Below are positions 1-8,246 of a DNA stretch of 24,771 nucleotides, one piece after another. The notes under the pieces are model-generated. The model was not told where the DNA came from, did not search any database, and saw only the letters and a program-made list of their open reading frames with translations. The stretch is from assembly GCA_963805625.1 (NCBI GenBank), contig CAWDVE010000003.1, positions 1 through 24,771 on the forward strand. Direction: 5' to 3'. Both the position numbers and the translations under genes were made by a program. The stretch comes from an uncultured Candidatus Rokubacteria bacterium. GTDB taxonomy: Bacteria > Methylomirabilota > Methylomirabilia > Rokubacteriales > DASRDR01. Numbering within the stretch: the stretch's first letter is position 1; each line of letters starts with the position of its first letter.

Positions 1-102
1 TTAAGTTACTTGGATTCCACTGAGTTCTTTTCGCCGGAGTATGCCCCTGGCTACCAGAGGGGAGCCTTCAGCCGCGTGTACTCCTTCCGTGACGTTGTCG
101 AG
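1..102 (+). pseudogene. Fragment of a MerR-like HTH (type seen N-terminal in DUF433 antitoxin-like proteins); 5' partial and apparently truncated
   Basis: Frame 1 reads LSYLDSTEFFSPEYAPGYQRGAFSRVYSFRDVV, resembling the remembered pattern L.YWD.TGFF.P.Y....R..FSR.YSFRDVV; similarity stops after DVV and the frame continues as junk. Confidence 0.4.
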
Positions 103-336
103 ATGGTTTACAGCGGCCCAGCGGCAGAGCCCCTCGCGTTCGTTCCCTGTGGGCGAGGTGAGCAGGCTTCGCCGAAGCCATCAGAGCCACGATACGGATC
201 GAGCAGATGTCCGAAGGTCCCACGCTGGAGGGTGCGCACGGGCCTGGATCGACTGAGCGACCGAACGTTCCACAACTCGAAGTTTAGCCGGCGCCGGCCG
301 ACCCCGTGAACCGGGGGGCCTCCACGACGCGATCGT

Positions 337-371
337 TTGGAGCATGGGTCTCTGTTGGAGCATGGATCTCT
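337..371. repeat. Tandem direct repeat, 18-bp period (TTGGAGCATGGRTCTCT x2)
   Basis: 337-353 ttggagcatgggtctct and 355-371 ttggagcatggatctct, 16/17 identical. Confidence 0.85.
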
Positions 372-399
372 TGACACCAATCCGAGGGGCAGCCATAGT
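371..399 (+). promoter_or_regulatory. Sigma70-type promoter
   Basis: TTGACA (371-376), 17-bp spacer, CATAGT (394-399); points toward the IS and the IPTL-CTERM gene. Confidence 0.6.
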
Positions 400-561
400 G
401 TGCGCCACGCCACCGCGGGGAGGACCTGGCCAAGAGCGACGGTGGGGCCGATCGGGCCGGCGAGGAGAAGCTATGAAGGGTGCCAACCCCCCAGCGGATC
501 GCGAGAGCGTCTCAGTTGGTCGGGGACGAGATCGCGAACCGCTCACGGCCAGGAGGTTGGC

Positions 562-951
562 ATGCACTACTGGGGCTGGACGTCTCGCGGAAGTCAACGC
601 ATCGAGAATGGACAGGGGCGGCGCGTGAAGCGCGCGGTGCTGCCGACCACCCCGGACGGACTGGCTACACGGAGCGCGGTCTGCGGGTGGCGGTCGAAGC
701 GGGCAATCAGACTGCGTGGATCGTGGACGTGCTCCGGGAGCGGAGCGAAGGTCCACGTCGTGCATCCGGTCAGGGTCAAGTGCAAGAATGCCGCCGCGCG
801 ACCGCTGCAGGCGTGGTGCGAGCGGGTGGCCCGGTGGCGAGGGAAGAAGACGGCGCTGGTCGCGTTGGCTCGCAAGCTCCTGACAATTGCGTTCCATCTC
901 TTGCAGGAGGGGACGACCATCGATCCCCAGCGGTTACGGTCTCCGGCGTAG
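562..951 (+). pseudogene. IS110-family recombinase pseudogene (frameshifts plus large internal deletion)
   Basis: RBS aggagg at 551-556, ATG at 562. Pieces in different frames: GLDVSRKST (first DEDD Asp), RRVKRAVLPTTPDGL, LRVAVEAGNQTAWIVDVLRE, KVHVVHPVRVK, joined directly to the C-terminal RGKKTALVALARKLLTIAFHLLQEG. Only 390 bp long. Confidence 0.85.
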
Positions 952-1095
952 ATGACGGACGATCCAGGACCGGGCAGACAGACTGAAGGGACGCCGGGAA
1001 GCGGGAGCGCGGGAGTGGGAGACCTCCAGCAGCGGGTGAGCCGGCATGTGCACGGGCTACGGTGTCTCTTGACCCACCGCGCGCCTATTGGACGA
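952..1095 (+). ncRNA. Candidate IS1111-type seek/bridge RNA region
   Basis: Non-coding stretch between transposase stop and right IR, where IS1111 elements encode their guide RNA; nested complementarity gcgcgg/ccgcgc, gtggg/cccac, agac/gtct, agcc/ggct across about 1007-1082 with internal loops. Confidence 0.4.
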
Positions 1096-1118
1096 GGCAC
1101 CCTACATAGGAGGGCGTA

Positions 1119-1649
1119 ATGCCTTTCGCTCGACGCATGAGGAACGGGTGGATCGTGTTGAGCTGCGCGACCCTGCTCGCGGCGGCGCCGGCTGCCGCGG
1201 AGACGGTGACGGACACCTTCGGTCCGTTCTCTGTGGACAGCCCGGGGCTCGGACAGCTCTCCAGCGGGATCTTCACCCGTACCGTGACGACGGGGGCGGG
1301 GCCGCTCGAGGCGGAGTACACCGCCTCACCGGGTCACTGCTCGAATGTCATCATGCACTTCCTGTTGGACGGGGTCGAGCGAGCCGTCAGCGGCGTGCTC
1401 ACGCCGGGGGCGAGCACCGGCTTCACGAGCCTCGGCTCCGTCGCTGCCGGATCCCATGTGGTGGGGCTGCAGGCCGAAGGCGTGGTGAGCGGGTGCAACG
1501 TGGGGGACCTCGAGAACTGGGGAGGCACCGGGTCGATCCGCTTTCAGGCGGAGGGCGTCCCTACGCTGACGGAGTGGGCTCAGATCACCATGCTGGCGGT
1601 GCTGATCACGGTCGGACTGTTCGCGCTCCGGCAGCGCCGCCCGGCCTGA
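1119..1649 (+). CDS. IPTL-CTERM sorting-domain surface protein
   Basis: Sec signal (RNGWIVLSCATLLAAAPAAA-E), Ser/Thr/Gly-rich core with two Cys, C-terminal VPTLTEWA + hydrophobic helix + RQRR tail; SD AGGAGG upstream. Confidence 0.85.
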   Translation: MPFARRMRNGWIVLSCATLLAAAPAAAETVTDTFGPFSVDSPGLGQLSSGIFTRTVTTGAGPLEAEYTASPGHCSNVIMHFLLDGVERAVSGVLTPGASTGFTSLGSVAAGSHVVGLQAEGVVSGCNVGDLENWGGTGSIRFQAEGVPTLTEWAQITMLAVLITVGLFALRQRRPA

Positions 1650-1759
1650 CCTCCGTCGTCCGGCCGCGGCGCGCCGGGTGGATCGGACGCGCTGGTTCCG
1701 CCCGCGGGCGGCGAACCGCGATCGGTCGAGCCTCCCGCTTCGTGGCGAGATGCCGGGGC

Positions 1760-3229
1760 CTAGCCGGCGGGTCCCGGATCCGCCGCGAAGCCGCGCCGGG
1801 CCGAGCACACGGTGTCTCCCCCCACGGTCGGGCTCGCGCGGGGCGTCCCGGGCAGGAAGAGGACGAGCAGAAGAACCGGCTCGCCCACGGCCCATCCCCG
1901 GACCAGCAAGGGATGCGCTGTGATGCCGAACTGGGCCGCCAGCTCGCCCAACGCGGCGAACAGCGCGATCTGGGAGAGGCTCAAGATCCCCAGCGCGGTG
2001 CCGAGGCGGCGCCAGCCGAGCGGCCGGAGCGCCACGACTCCCAGGGCGGCGAGGAGCCCGAGCTGGTATCCCGGGAGTAGCCAGAGGGCTCCCTGGGAAT
2101 CTCCACGTGCGAGGGGCGCCAACGGCCGCACGGCGCCCGCGGCCCACGCCACCGCCTGCCCGTACACCGTGATCCCCGCGAGTGCTACACCCAGCCCGAC
2201 CGCCGTCCCGAGGACCGCCCGGCGACGTGTTCCGCCCCGGGCGCCGCTGACCATCCACGGCTCCAGCCAGAGCGCGGCGAGCGCCACGGCCAGGCCGCCG
2301 GCAAGGATTTGGTAGAAGGCGTGCACGACCGCGAGCGGCGACCCGAGGAGGCCCGCCGGCAGGATGACCAACATCGTCCGGACGACGCCCAGCGCGGCGA
2401 AGACGGGGACCGCCGCCAACACGGCCAGCCCGCGCGAGAGCGGCCGGCGCCAGACCGTTAGGACCGCCGCGAGGTACAGGGCGACGGCCGGCGTCGCGAC
2501 ACACTCCGGTGAGACTAAGAAGGCCCCGTGGGCGGTCGACAGGAGGTTTCCGGACGCGCTGGCGGTGATGCCGAGCGCGGTGAGCGCCGCGGCAGCGGCG
2601 TGGGTGACCCAGACCGCCATGGAGAGTACCGAGGGGCTGTTCAAGACCCAGGGTGCGGCCGCGGCGAAGAGGCCCAGGAATGCGGCCGCCATGAGGCCGA
2701 ATCGCCGGACTGGCGTCGGCACCCCTCGGCCCCACGTGCCCGCGACGGGTCGGCCCGCGGCGACTGACCGCATCCAGCCGAGCGCGTAGCCGCCCGCGAC
2801 GATCACGAGGACCGTCGGCCAGACGTAGCGGTGGAGGCGGTCGAAGACGAGCGGCGAGTCCGCCGTACCCCAGAGCGTGCCGATGCGCGCGGTGTTCACG
2901 GCCAGGACCAGGCTCACGCCTCCGGCGATGCCGCGCAGTCTCGTGCTCCAGGGTGCGGGATACGCCAGGATGGCTCCGATGAGGAGCGCGAGGACGTCGG
3001 TACCGCTGCATTCGACGGACACGCTGACCCAGCGCGGACTGGTGGCTCCGTACCAGGCGGCGAGCCGCTGCTGGATCTCAAGGAGGGGGAGGACCACGTG
3101 GGTCTCGACCGAGGGCGCGCGGAAGGCGGCGAAGAGCCCGAGGCTCCACGCGAGGGTTCGCAGGACGAAGGCCATCGGCGAACCGATCGCGACACCATCC
3201 GCCGGGACTCCGGACGTCCTGAGGCTCAT
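1760..3229 (-). CDS. Exosortase H-like (exosortase/archaeosortase family) membrane protein with tandem catalytic domains
   Basis: Domain 1: ECSG...AILAYPAPWSTRL...AVNTARIGTL...FDRLHRYVWP. Domain 2: ASGNLLSTAHGAFLVSPECVAT...GVVRTML...VVHAFYQ. Further hydrophobic C-terminal module. ATG 3229 overlaps the upstream TGA (ATGA); alternative start 3175. Confidence 0.8.
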   Translation of the reverse strand: MSLRTSGVPADGVAIGSPMAFVLRTLAWSLGLFAAFRAPSVETHVVLPLLEIQQRLAAWYGATSPRWVSVSVECSGTDVLALLIGAILAYPAPWSTRLRGIAGGVSLVLAVNTARIGTLWGTADSPLVFDRLHRYVWPTVLVIVAGGYALGWMRSVAAGRPVAGTWGRGVPTPVRRFGLMAAAFLGLFAAAAPWVLNSPSVLSMAVWVTHAAAAALTALGITASASGNLLSTAHGAFLVSPECVATPAVALYLAAVLTVWRRPLSRGLAVLAAVPVFAALGVVRTMLVILPAGLLGSPLAVVHAFYQILAGGLAVALAALWLEPWMVSGARGGTRRRAVLGTAVGLGVALAGITVYGQAVAWAAGAVRPLAPLARGDSQGALWLLPGYQLGLLAALGVVALRPLGWRRLGTALGILSLSQIALFAALGELAAQFGITAHPLLVRGWAVGEPVLLLVLFLPGTPRASPTVGGDTVCSARRGFAADPGPAG

Positions 3230-5295
3230 GGTGTCGGCCGAACGCCCGGAGCCGCGGGGCTGTCGGTCGGAAGCCGGGGACGGCAGCCTCCCCCGCCCTC
3301 GTCCGACGCCGGGAGCCACCAGCGCCAGGTCCCGATTGCGAGTGACGAGCGGTGCGGCCCTGGGCCCGGGAGGGCGGGGGCATCGGCCAATGAGGCCGAT
3401 CGCGCGCGGAACACCAGGACGCTATCCCCGGGCGGCAGGGAGAGGGGCCCGATGCGGCAGTGGTGATACCCGGCCGGTATCAGCAGGCCGGGGCCCGGCC
3501 GCCCATCGAGGCTCGTCTCCAGACGCTGCGGCTCCGTTCCTGGCGACAGCTCCGCCTCCAGCATCGCCCGCACCGCCCGCGGCGACGTGTTGACGACGCG
3601 CCACGCGCCATCCTGCGTCATCCTACGCCAGCTCCACTGACCCTCGGTTCGCCTCGCCTCGAAAGCGATGAACTCGGCCGTGAAGACCGGCGGCTTCACC
3701 GCGACGACGGCAAGGACCCGGCTATCCCCGAACTCTCGCACCACCCGGAGACCGTGGGCTTCGTACACGGCTGCCTCGGCGCCTCGTGAGGATCGAGCGC
3801 TCCTCAGGAGAGCATGAGTATAGCCCAGGGCCGTCAGCTTCTGGCCGAGATTGGGCTCCTCGCAATCGGCGAACGGGCGCTCCAGGAGCGAGACATCGTG
3901 ACCGAGGAGCCACAGGACCGATCGCTCGGGTGGAGTCGGGCGCACACAGTCAAGCACTCGCACCGGCGGGGGCTGGCTCGCCAGCCAGCGATGGCCCTGA
4001 GTCGGCAGCACGTCACGCCACCGCCAGGGCGGGAACGGAGCATACTCCACGACGAGGACAGCCAACAGCGCCAACACGGCGGCGCGGCTCGACCGGCCGG
4101 GTCGGCCGGCCAGCCAGGCGACGCCGGCCCCGGCCAGAAGCGCCGCAATGAGCTGCACCACGAGGCCGAAGCGCGCGTACGCGCGAAACATCGGGGCGAG
4201 CTCGTAGAGATAGGCGGCGGGACGGACGACCGTGACGCTGCCGATCCGCCGCTCGGGTGACAGCGAGCAGAGGAGCGCGGCCAGCGCGAGGCCGCCAAGC
4301 AGCGGGACGAGGCGCACGGCCCGGTGCTGCCGATGTCCCCGCCACCATTGCCATACCGGGACCAGCCCGAGCGCCAGCAGGGACCACCCAACGAACACCT
4401 GCTGCTCCAGCACGGCCCCACCCACGCCGTGACGCTGCCAGACCGCGCGCGCCCAGTCGCCGAGGGCGGGATGCTCGACCGGGGGCAGGAGATAGGCCCA
4501 CCACTTGGCGGCATACCGAAACAGATCCGCCCGCGGGAAGGCGAGCAGCGCCGGCTGCCGGAACGCCTCCGCCGTGACGAGGCGGAGGTACAGGAAGCCC
4601 CCTGCCGCCGTTACCGCGAGCACTAGGCTGGTCACGATCAGGGCGCCGAGGCCACGTCGAGGGGTCGGGACGGAGAGCCAGTAGCCCAGGAGGCAGAGCG
4701 GTGTCAGGACCGCTCCGATGAACCCGGCGTAGAAGTTCGACAGCACGAGCAGGGCGACCGACCCCAGGAGCAGCGCGGCCCGCCAGACCGTGGCGTGATC
4801 CAGGCAGCGGAAGAGGGCCAGGAGGTAGAGAGGAAGCCACTGCGTCTGGGCGATGTGGACATGGTAGGCCGAGTGAGCGAGATGAAACGGCGAGAAGGCG
4901 TAGGCCAGCGCGGCCACGACCGAGCCGGCCGTGGAGCCCGTCAGGTGATGGGCCAGCAGATACGCCGTCGCGGCCGACAGGGGAAACGAGGCCAGGACGA
5001 TGAGGTTGTAGGTGGCCACGGGCCCCATGAGGCGGGCCAGCAGCGCTCCGGGCCAGTCGGTGGCAGGCTGGGAGTACCAGCCGAGCGACGGCGGGCGCGC
5101 GAAGCGCTCCATGGCCGTGAAGGGATCGTGGTTACGCCCCACGATCTCCGTGCCGAAGAGGCGGCTGGAGGGGGCCCACAGCACTGGTGCCGCCATGAGG
5201 AGCGTCACCGCCAGCGCCGTCCCACAAGCGAGCGCGAGCCCTCGCTCGATGGCCCGGCCGGCCACCGCGGCTCGTGCGGATTCGGGCTCGGTCAT
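3226..5295 (-). CDS. GT-C-fold-like polytopic membrane glycosyltransferase (YfhO/PMT-like)
   Basis: Many TM segments; early loop GRNHDP; YNLIVL..FPLSAATAYLL; AYAFSPFH; QWLPLY; PMFRAYARFG; soluble C-terminal domain; GGAG upstream of ATG 5295. Confidence 0.7.
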   Translation of the reverse strand: MTEPESARAAVAGRAIERGLALACGTALAVTLLMAAPVLWAPSSRLFGTEIVGRNHDPFTAMERFARPPSLGWYSQPATDWPGALLARLMGPVATYNLIVLASFPLSAATAYLLAHHLTGSTAGSVVAALAYAFSPFHLAHSAYHVHIAQTQWLPLYLLALFRCLDHATVWRAALLLGSVALLVLSNFYAGFIGAVLTPLCLLGYWLSVPTPRRGLGALIVTSLVLAVTAAGGFLYLRLVTAEAFRQPALLAFPRADLFRYAAKWWAYLLPPVEHPALGDWARAVWQRHGVGGAVLEQQVFVGWSLLALGLVPVWQWWRGHRQHRAVRLVPLLGGLALAALLCSLSPERRIGSVTVVRPAAYLYELAPMFRAYARFGLVVQLIAALLAGAGVAWLAGRPGRSSRAAVLALLAVLVVEYAPFPPWRWRDVLPTQGHRWLASQPPPVRVLDCVRPTPPERSVLWLLGHDVSLLERPFADCEEPNLGQKLTALGYTHALLRSARSSRGAEAAVYEAHGLRVVREFGDSRVLAVVAVKPPVFTAEFIAFEARRTEGQWSWRRMTQDGAWRVVNTSPRAVRAMLEAELSPGTEPQRLETSLDGRPGPGLLIPAGYHHCRIGPLSLPPGDSVLVFRARSASLADAPALPGPGPHRSSLAIGTWRWWLPASDEGGGGCRPRLPTDSPAAPGVRPTP

Positions 5296-5654
5296 CCGTC
5301 TTTCTCCACGCCGCCGGTCAGAGTGACGTGAGTGGACCTCAGCCTCGGACCACACTCGTCGGGGAACGGTGGTGGGTCTCGGTCGGTGTTGATGATCCCT
5401 CGCCCGCCGCCGGTCGGGGAGCGGTACAGAGGAGTGCAGACCAGCCGACCTCCCGCTCCTCCATCGGACTCTTGCCGCCCCCGGCCCGCGCCGCGCAACC
5501 AGACGATAGCGCACCCAACCCCGCCGTGCGAGGGTCACACGTCCGCGGAGTCGGCGGGAGCCGGTGACGCGGTCAGACCATCCCCGCTCGATCAGTCGAA
5601 TCGTGAAATCCGATCATTGCGGTCTGATGACATCGTCTGGTCGGGGTCGCGGAT

Positions 5655-5966
5655 ATGAGCGAAAGCCCCAGCGATCCCGGCTTCGGGCGCCAGAACGGCC
5701 CGAGGATCGGCCGTCGCACATACCAGCAGACGGGGATGACAGCCTACGGCGGCGCGTCAGGGCGCGGGGGCTGGCGGCTCTGGATCAGCGGACCGAGCAG
5801 GCCAAGGCGCTGAGATACTGGCACGCCGAGCTGGTGCGGGATCTTGGTGGCGCGGACCACCTGACGGCGCAGCAAGCGACGATCCTGGAGCTGGCCGTGC
5901 GGGCGCGCGTGCTCCTCGATCAGCTGGACGCTTGGCTTCTCGCGCAGCCGTACCTGGTAAACAAGG
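5655..5966 (+). pseudogene. Frameshifted, truncated hypothetical protein of a type I associate with prophage/integrative elements
   Basis: ATG 5655 MSESP...TYQQTGMT, frameshift near 5742, then LRRRVRARGLAALDQRT...LVRDLGG..HLTAQQATILELAVRARVLLDQLDAWLLAQPYLVNK, ending at the tRNA fragment. Confidence 0.5.
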
Positions 5967-6002
5967 CTGATGTCGCAGGTTCGAATCCTGCTCCGCCTAC
6001 CA
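5961..6002 (+). mobile_element. 3' half of tRNA-Val-like gene (att-type junction), not a full tRNA
   Basis: ACAA (anticodon-loop end) GGCTG ATGTC GCAGG TTCGAAT CCTGC TCCGCCT A CCA; no D-arm or 5' acceptor strand upstream. Confidence 0.75.
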
Positions 6003-6487
6003 TCCATGAATGCGGGGCCGTCAAGGAAAACGATGACGCTAGGTGCAGTAGCGCTGCCGTAGTTGGGTTGAGGTCGAGGAGTCTCGGGAGGTCAGCAGGA
6101 GGCCAGAAACGGAGACCGGACTGGCAATAACCTGGCGATACTCGGGCTGGTAGAGACGAACGAGAAAACGACGGAAGATTCGGCATCCGAGGCGGCTCCG
6201 GGCGTCATATGCCATCAGGTGCTCGACCTGGCGACATGCGATTCTGCCTGGAGAGGGCGGAGGCGGAGATGCGCGTGTTGGTATGAATCGGCGCGCCCCT
6301 CGCCATCCTCGGTCGTGCCGCCATGGTCCTCCTTGCCATCCTCGCCATCGCCGCGGGCCCGCCGCTCCACCGGGTCGCCGCGTGATGGCGGCCCCTGAGG
6401 CCGCCCGCAGCACTCGCGAAGGCGGGCGGTACACGATCGAGGTACCGGCTGCTCCTTCTTGCACGTTCTCAGAAAGCAGGAAGGAGA

Positions 6488-8023
6488 TCAGATCTGCCGG
6501 CCCCTCTTCTCCCAATAAGGCGCGCGGAGCTTGCGCTTGAAGATCTTGCCGGAATCCTCGCGCGGCAAGCCGCGCTGGAACTCGAACAGCCGCGGCACCT
6601 TATAGCCGGCGATACGCTCGCGCAGGTATGCCCTCACGGCATCGGCGGTGAGCGTAACGTGACCGAGCGGCTCGATATAGGCGGCCAGCGACTCGCCATA
6701 TTCCTCATCGGGGATACCGAATGCGGCACAGTCCCGCACTCCGGGCATGCCGATCAGCACCGCTTCGATCTCGGAGGGGTAGATGTTGACGCCGCCGGAG
6801 ATCACCATGTCGCGCACGCGGTCGCACAGGAACAGGTAGCCGTCCCCGTCGAGATAGCCGACGTCACCGCACGTGATCAGACCCTGGCGCTCGACCTCGC
6901 GGCGCTTGTCCTCCATGCCGTTGTAGGTGAAGTCCGGGAAACCGCCGATCCTGAGGTACACCTCGCCGATCTCGCCCGGCCCCAGTTCTCGACCGGCCGC
7001 GTCAAAGATCTTCACGATCGCGCCTTCGATGGGCCGTCCCACCGTGCCAGGCTTTCGCAGCGCTTCCTCGGAAGTGTGGAATACTGCGCCGCCGGTTTCC
7101 GTGCCGCCATAGTACTCGTTGATAATGGGCCCCCACCAGTCGATCATCTGTCGTTTGACGTCGGGCGGGCAGGGCGCGGCCGCGTGTGTGACGAACTTCA
7201 ACGACGACAGATCATACTGATGGCGTACGTCGGCCGGCAGCTTGAGCAGCCGCACGAACATCGTCGGCACCATGTGCACGTGCGTGATGCGGTGCCGCTC
7301 GATTTGCTGCAACAGGTCCTCGGCATCGAAGCGCGGCTGCAGCACCACCAACCCTCCGTCGCGCGCGGCCGACAGAGCATAGAGGTTTGGCGCCGAATGG
7401 TAGACCGGCCCGGTGATCACCGTGCGGATGCCTTCGCCCGGGCGGATATCGAAGATGCGCGACACCATGCGCATCATCGTGGCCTGCATCTCTGGTGTCG
7501 CCGGTTGGCGGCGCACCCCCTTGGGCCGGCCGGTGGTGCCCGAGGTATAGATCATGTTGGTGCGCACAGGCCGCGGCGGTTCGGTCCACGGCGCGTGCCC
7601 GGCCACCCAGTCGTCCCACGCCACGGCGCCGTGCGGCAGGGCGCCGGCCGCGGTCGGGATGCCATAGACATCGCGGATCTCGGGCGGCGTCGGCACGACG
7701 AAGACGCGGACGCCCGTCGGGATGCTGTCGCGGATCTGCGGCAGGAGGTCGGCATGCACCACAACGGCCTTCGCGCCACAGTCCTGGAAGATGTACCCCG
7801 CCTCATCAGCCTTGAAGTGCCAGTTCACCGGCACGGCGTAGGCCCCCACCAGGCCCGCGCCCATGGCCGCCTCGAAGAAGGCGAAATCGTTGCGCAGCAC
7901 CAAGGCCACGGTGCCGTTCTCGTCGATACCTAGCGACACAAAGCCCGACGCCGCGCGCGCCACCCGTTCAAACAGCACCGACTGCTTGAGTTCACGGGTA
8001 CCGCTAAGGATGAGCCCGTCCAT
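6488..8023 (-). CDS. Acyl-CoA synthetase / long-chain fatty acid-CoA ligase (AMP-binding family)
   Basis: IYTSGTTGRPKGV, EYYGGTETG, GDVGYLD, DRVRDMVISGGVNIYP, LPREDSGKIFK; RBS GGGAGG before ATG 8023. Confidence 0.93.
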   Translation of the reverse strand: MDGLILSGTRELKQSVLFERVARAASGFVSLGIDENGTVALVLRNDFAFFEAAMGAGLVGAYAVPVNWHFKADEAGYIFQDCGAKAVVVHADLLPQIRDSIPTGVRVFVVPTPPEIRDVYGIPTAAGALPHGAVAWDDWVAGHAPWTEPPRPVRTNMIYTSGTTGRPKGVRRQPATPEMQATMMRMVSRIFDIRPGEGIRTVITGPVYHSAPNLYALSAARDGGLVVLQPRFDAEDLLQQIERHRITHVHMVPTMFVRLLKLPADVRHQYDLSSLKFVTHAAAPCPPDVKRQMIDWWGPIINEYYGGTETGGAVFHTSEEALRKPGTVGRPIEGAIVKIFDAAGRELGPGEIGEVYLRIGGFPDFTYNGMEDKRREVERQGLITCGDVGYLDGDGYLFLCDRVRDMVISGGVNIYPSEIEAVLIGMPGVRDCAAFGIPDEEYGESLAAYIEPLGHVTLTADAVRAYLRERIAGYKVPRLFEFQRGLPREDSGKIFKRKLRAPYWEKRGRQI

Positions 8024-8040
8024 CTGCGATCCTCCCACGA

Positions 8041-8087
8041 TCGTTCAGCGTGTCGTTCAGCGTCACTCCGAGCGTAGCGAGGAATCC
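8041..8087. repeat. 12-bp-period tandem duplication followed by a REP-like unit
   Basis: tcgttcagcgt at 8041-8051 and 8053-8063; gtcactccgagcgtagcgaggaatcc (8062-8087) resembles the GTCATTCCGAGCG.AGCGAGGAATC dispersed repeat type (from memory). Confidence 0.5.
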
Positions 8088-8205
8088 ATGACCAACCCTA
8101 GCCAATCACACACTCCTTGACTGGGAGTCCAAACGACCGCCGCGCTCACCTTGCCCTTCGAGGGGTGGGACCGAACTGTCGCGGAGGGTCACGCGTGCCT
8201 CAGAA

Positions 8206-8246
8206 CGCACGGGGTTCCTCATCCTCGATGAGGACTGATCCGTGCG
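8206..8246. other. Strong intergenic hairpin
   Basis: cgcacgg (8206-8212)/ccgtgcg (8240-8246) enclosing tcctcatc (8216-8223)/gatgagga (8227-8234); no U-tract. Confidence 0.55.

Larger units (their letters stand above)
463..1112 (+). mobile_element. Internally deleted, non-autonomous IS110-family element (IS1111 subgroup)
   Basis: Sub-terminal inverted repeats ctatgaagggtgcc (471-484) / ggcaccctacatag (1096-1109), 13/14 match; AGGAG at both ends (463-467, 1108-1112); transposase remnant inside with a long 3' non-coding end. Confidence 0.8.

Noticed and set aside
5624-5664. Hammerhead ribozyme core (CTGATGA...GAAA)
   Set aside because: Stem II does not close (C5631 opposite C5660) and flanking stems are not evident
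5930-6002. Complete tRNA gene
   Set aside because: No D-arm, 5' anticodon stem or 5' acceptor strand; upstream bases are protein coding
6283-6386. Signal-peptide-like remnant MNRRA/LAILGRAAMVLLAILAIAA
   Set aside because: Needs a frameshift, is short, and no recognisable domain follows
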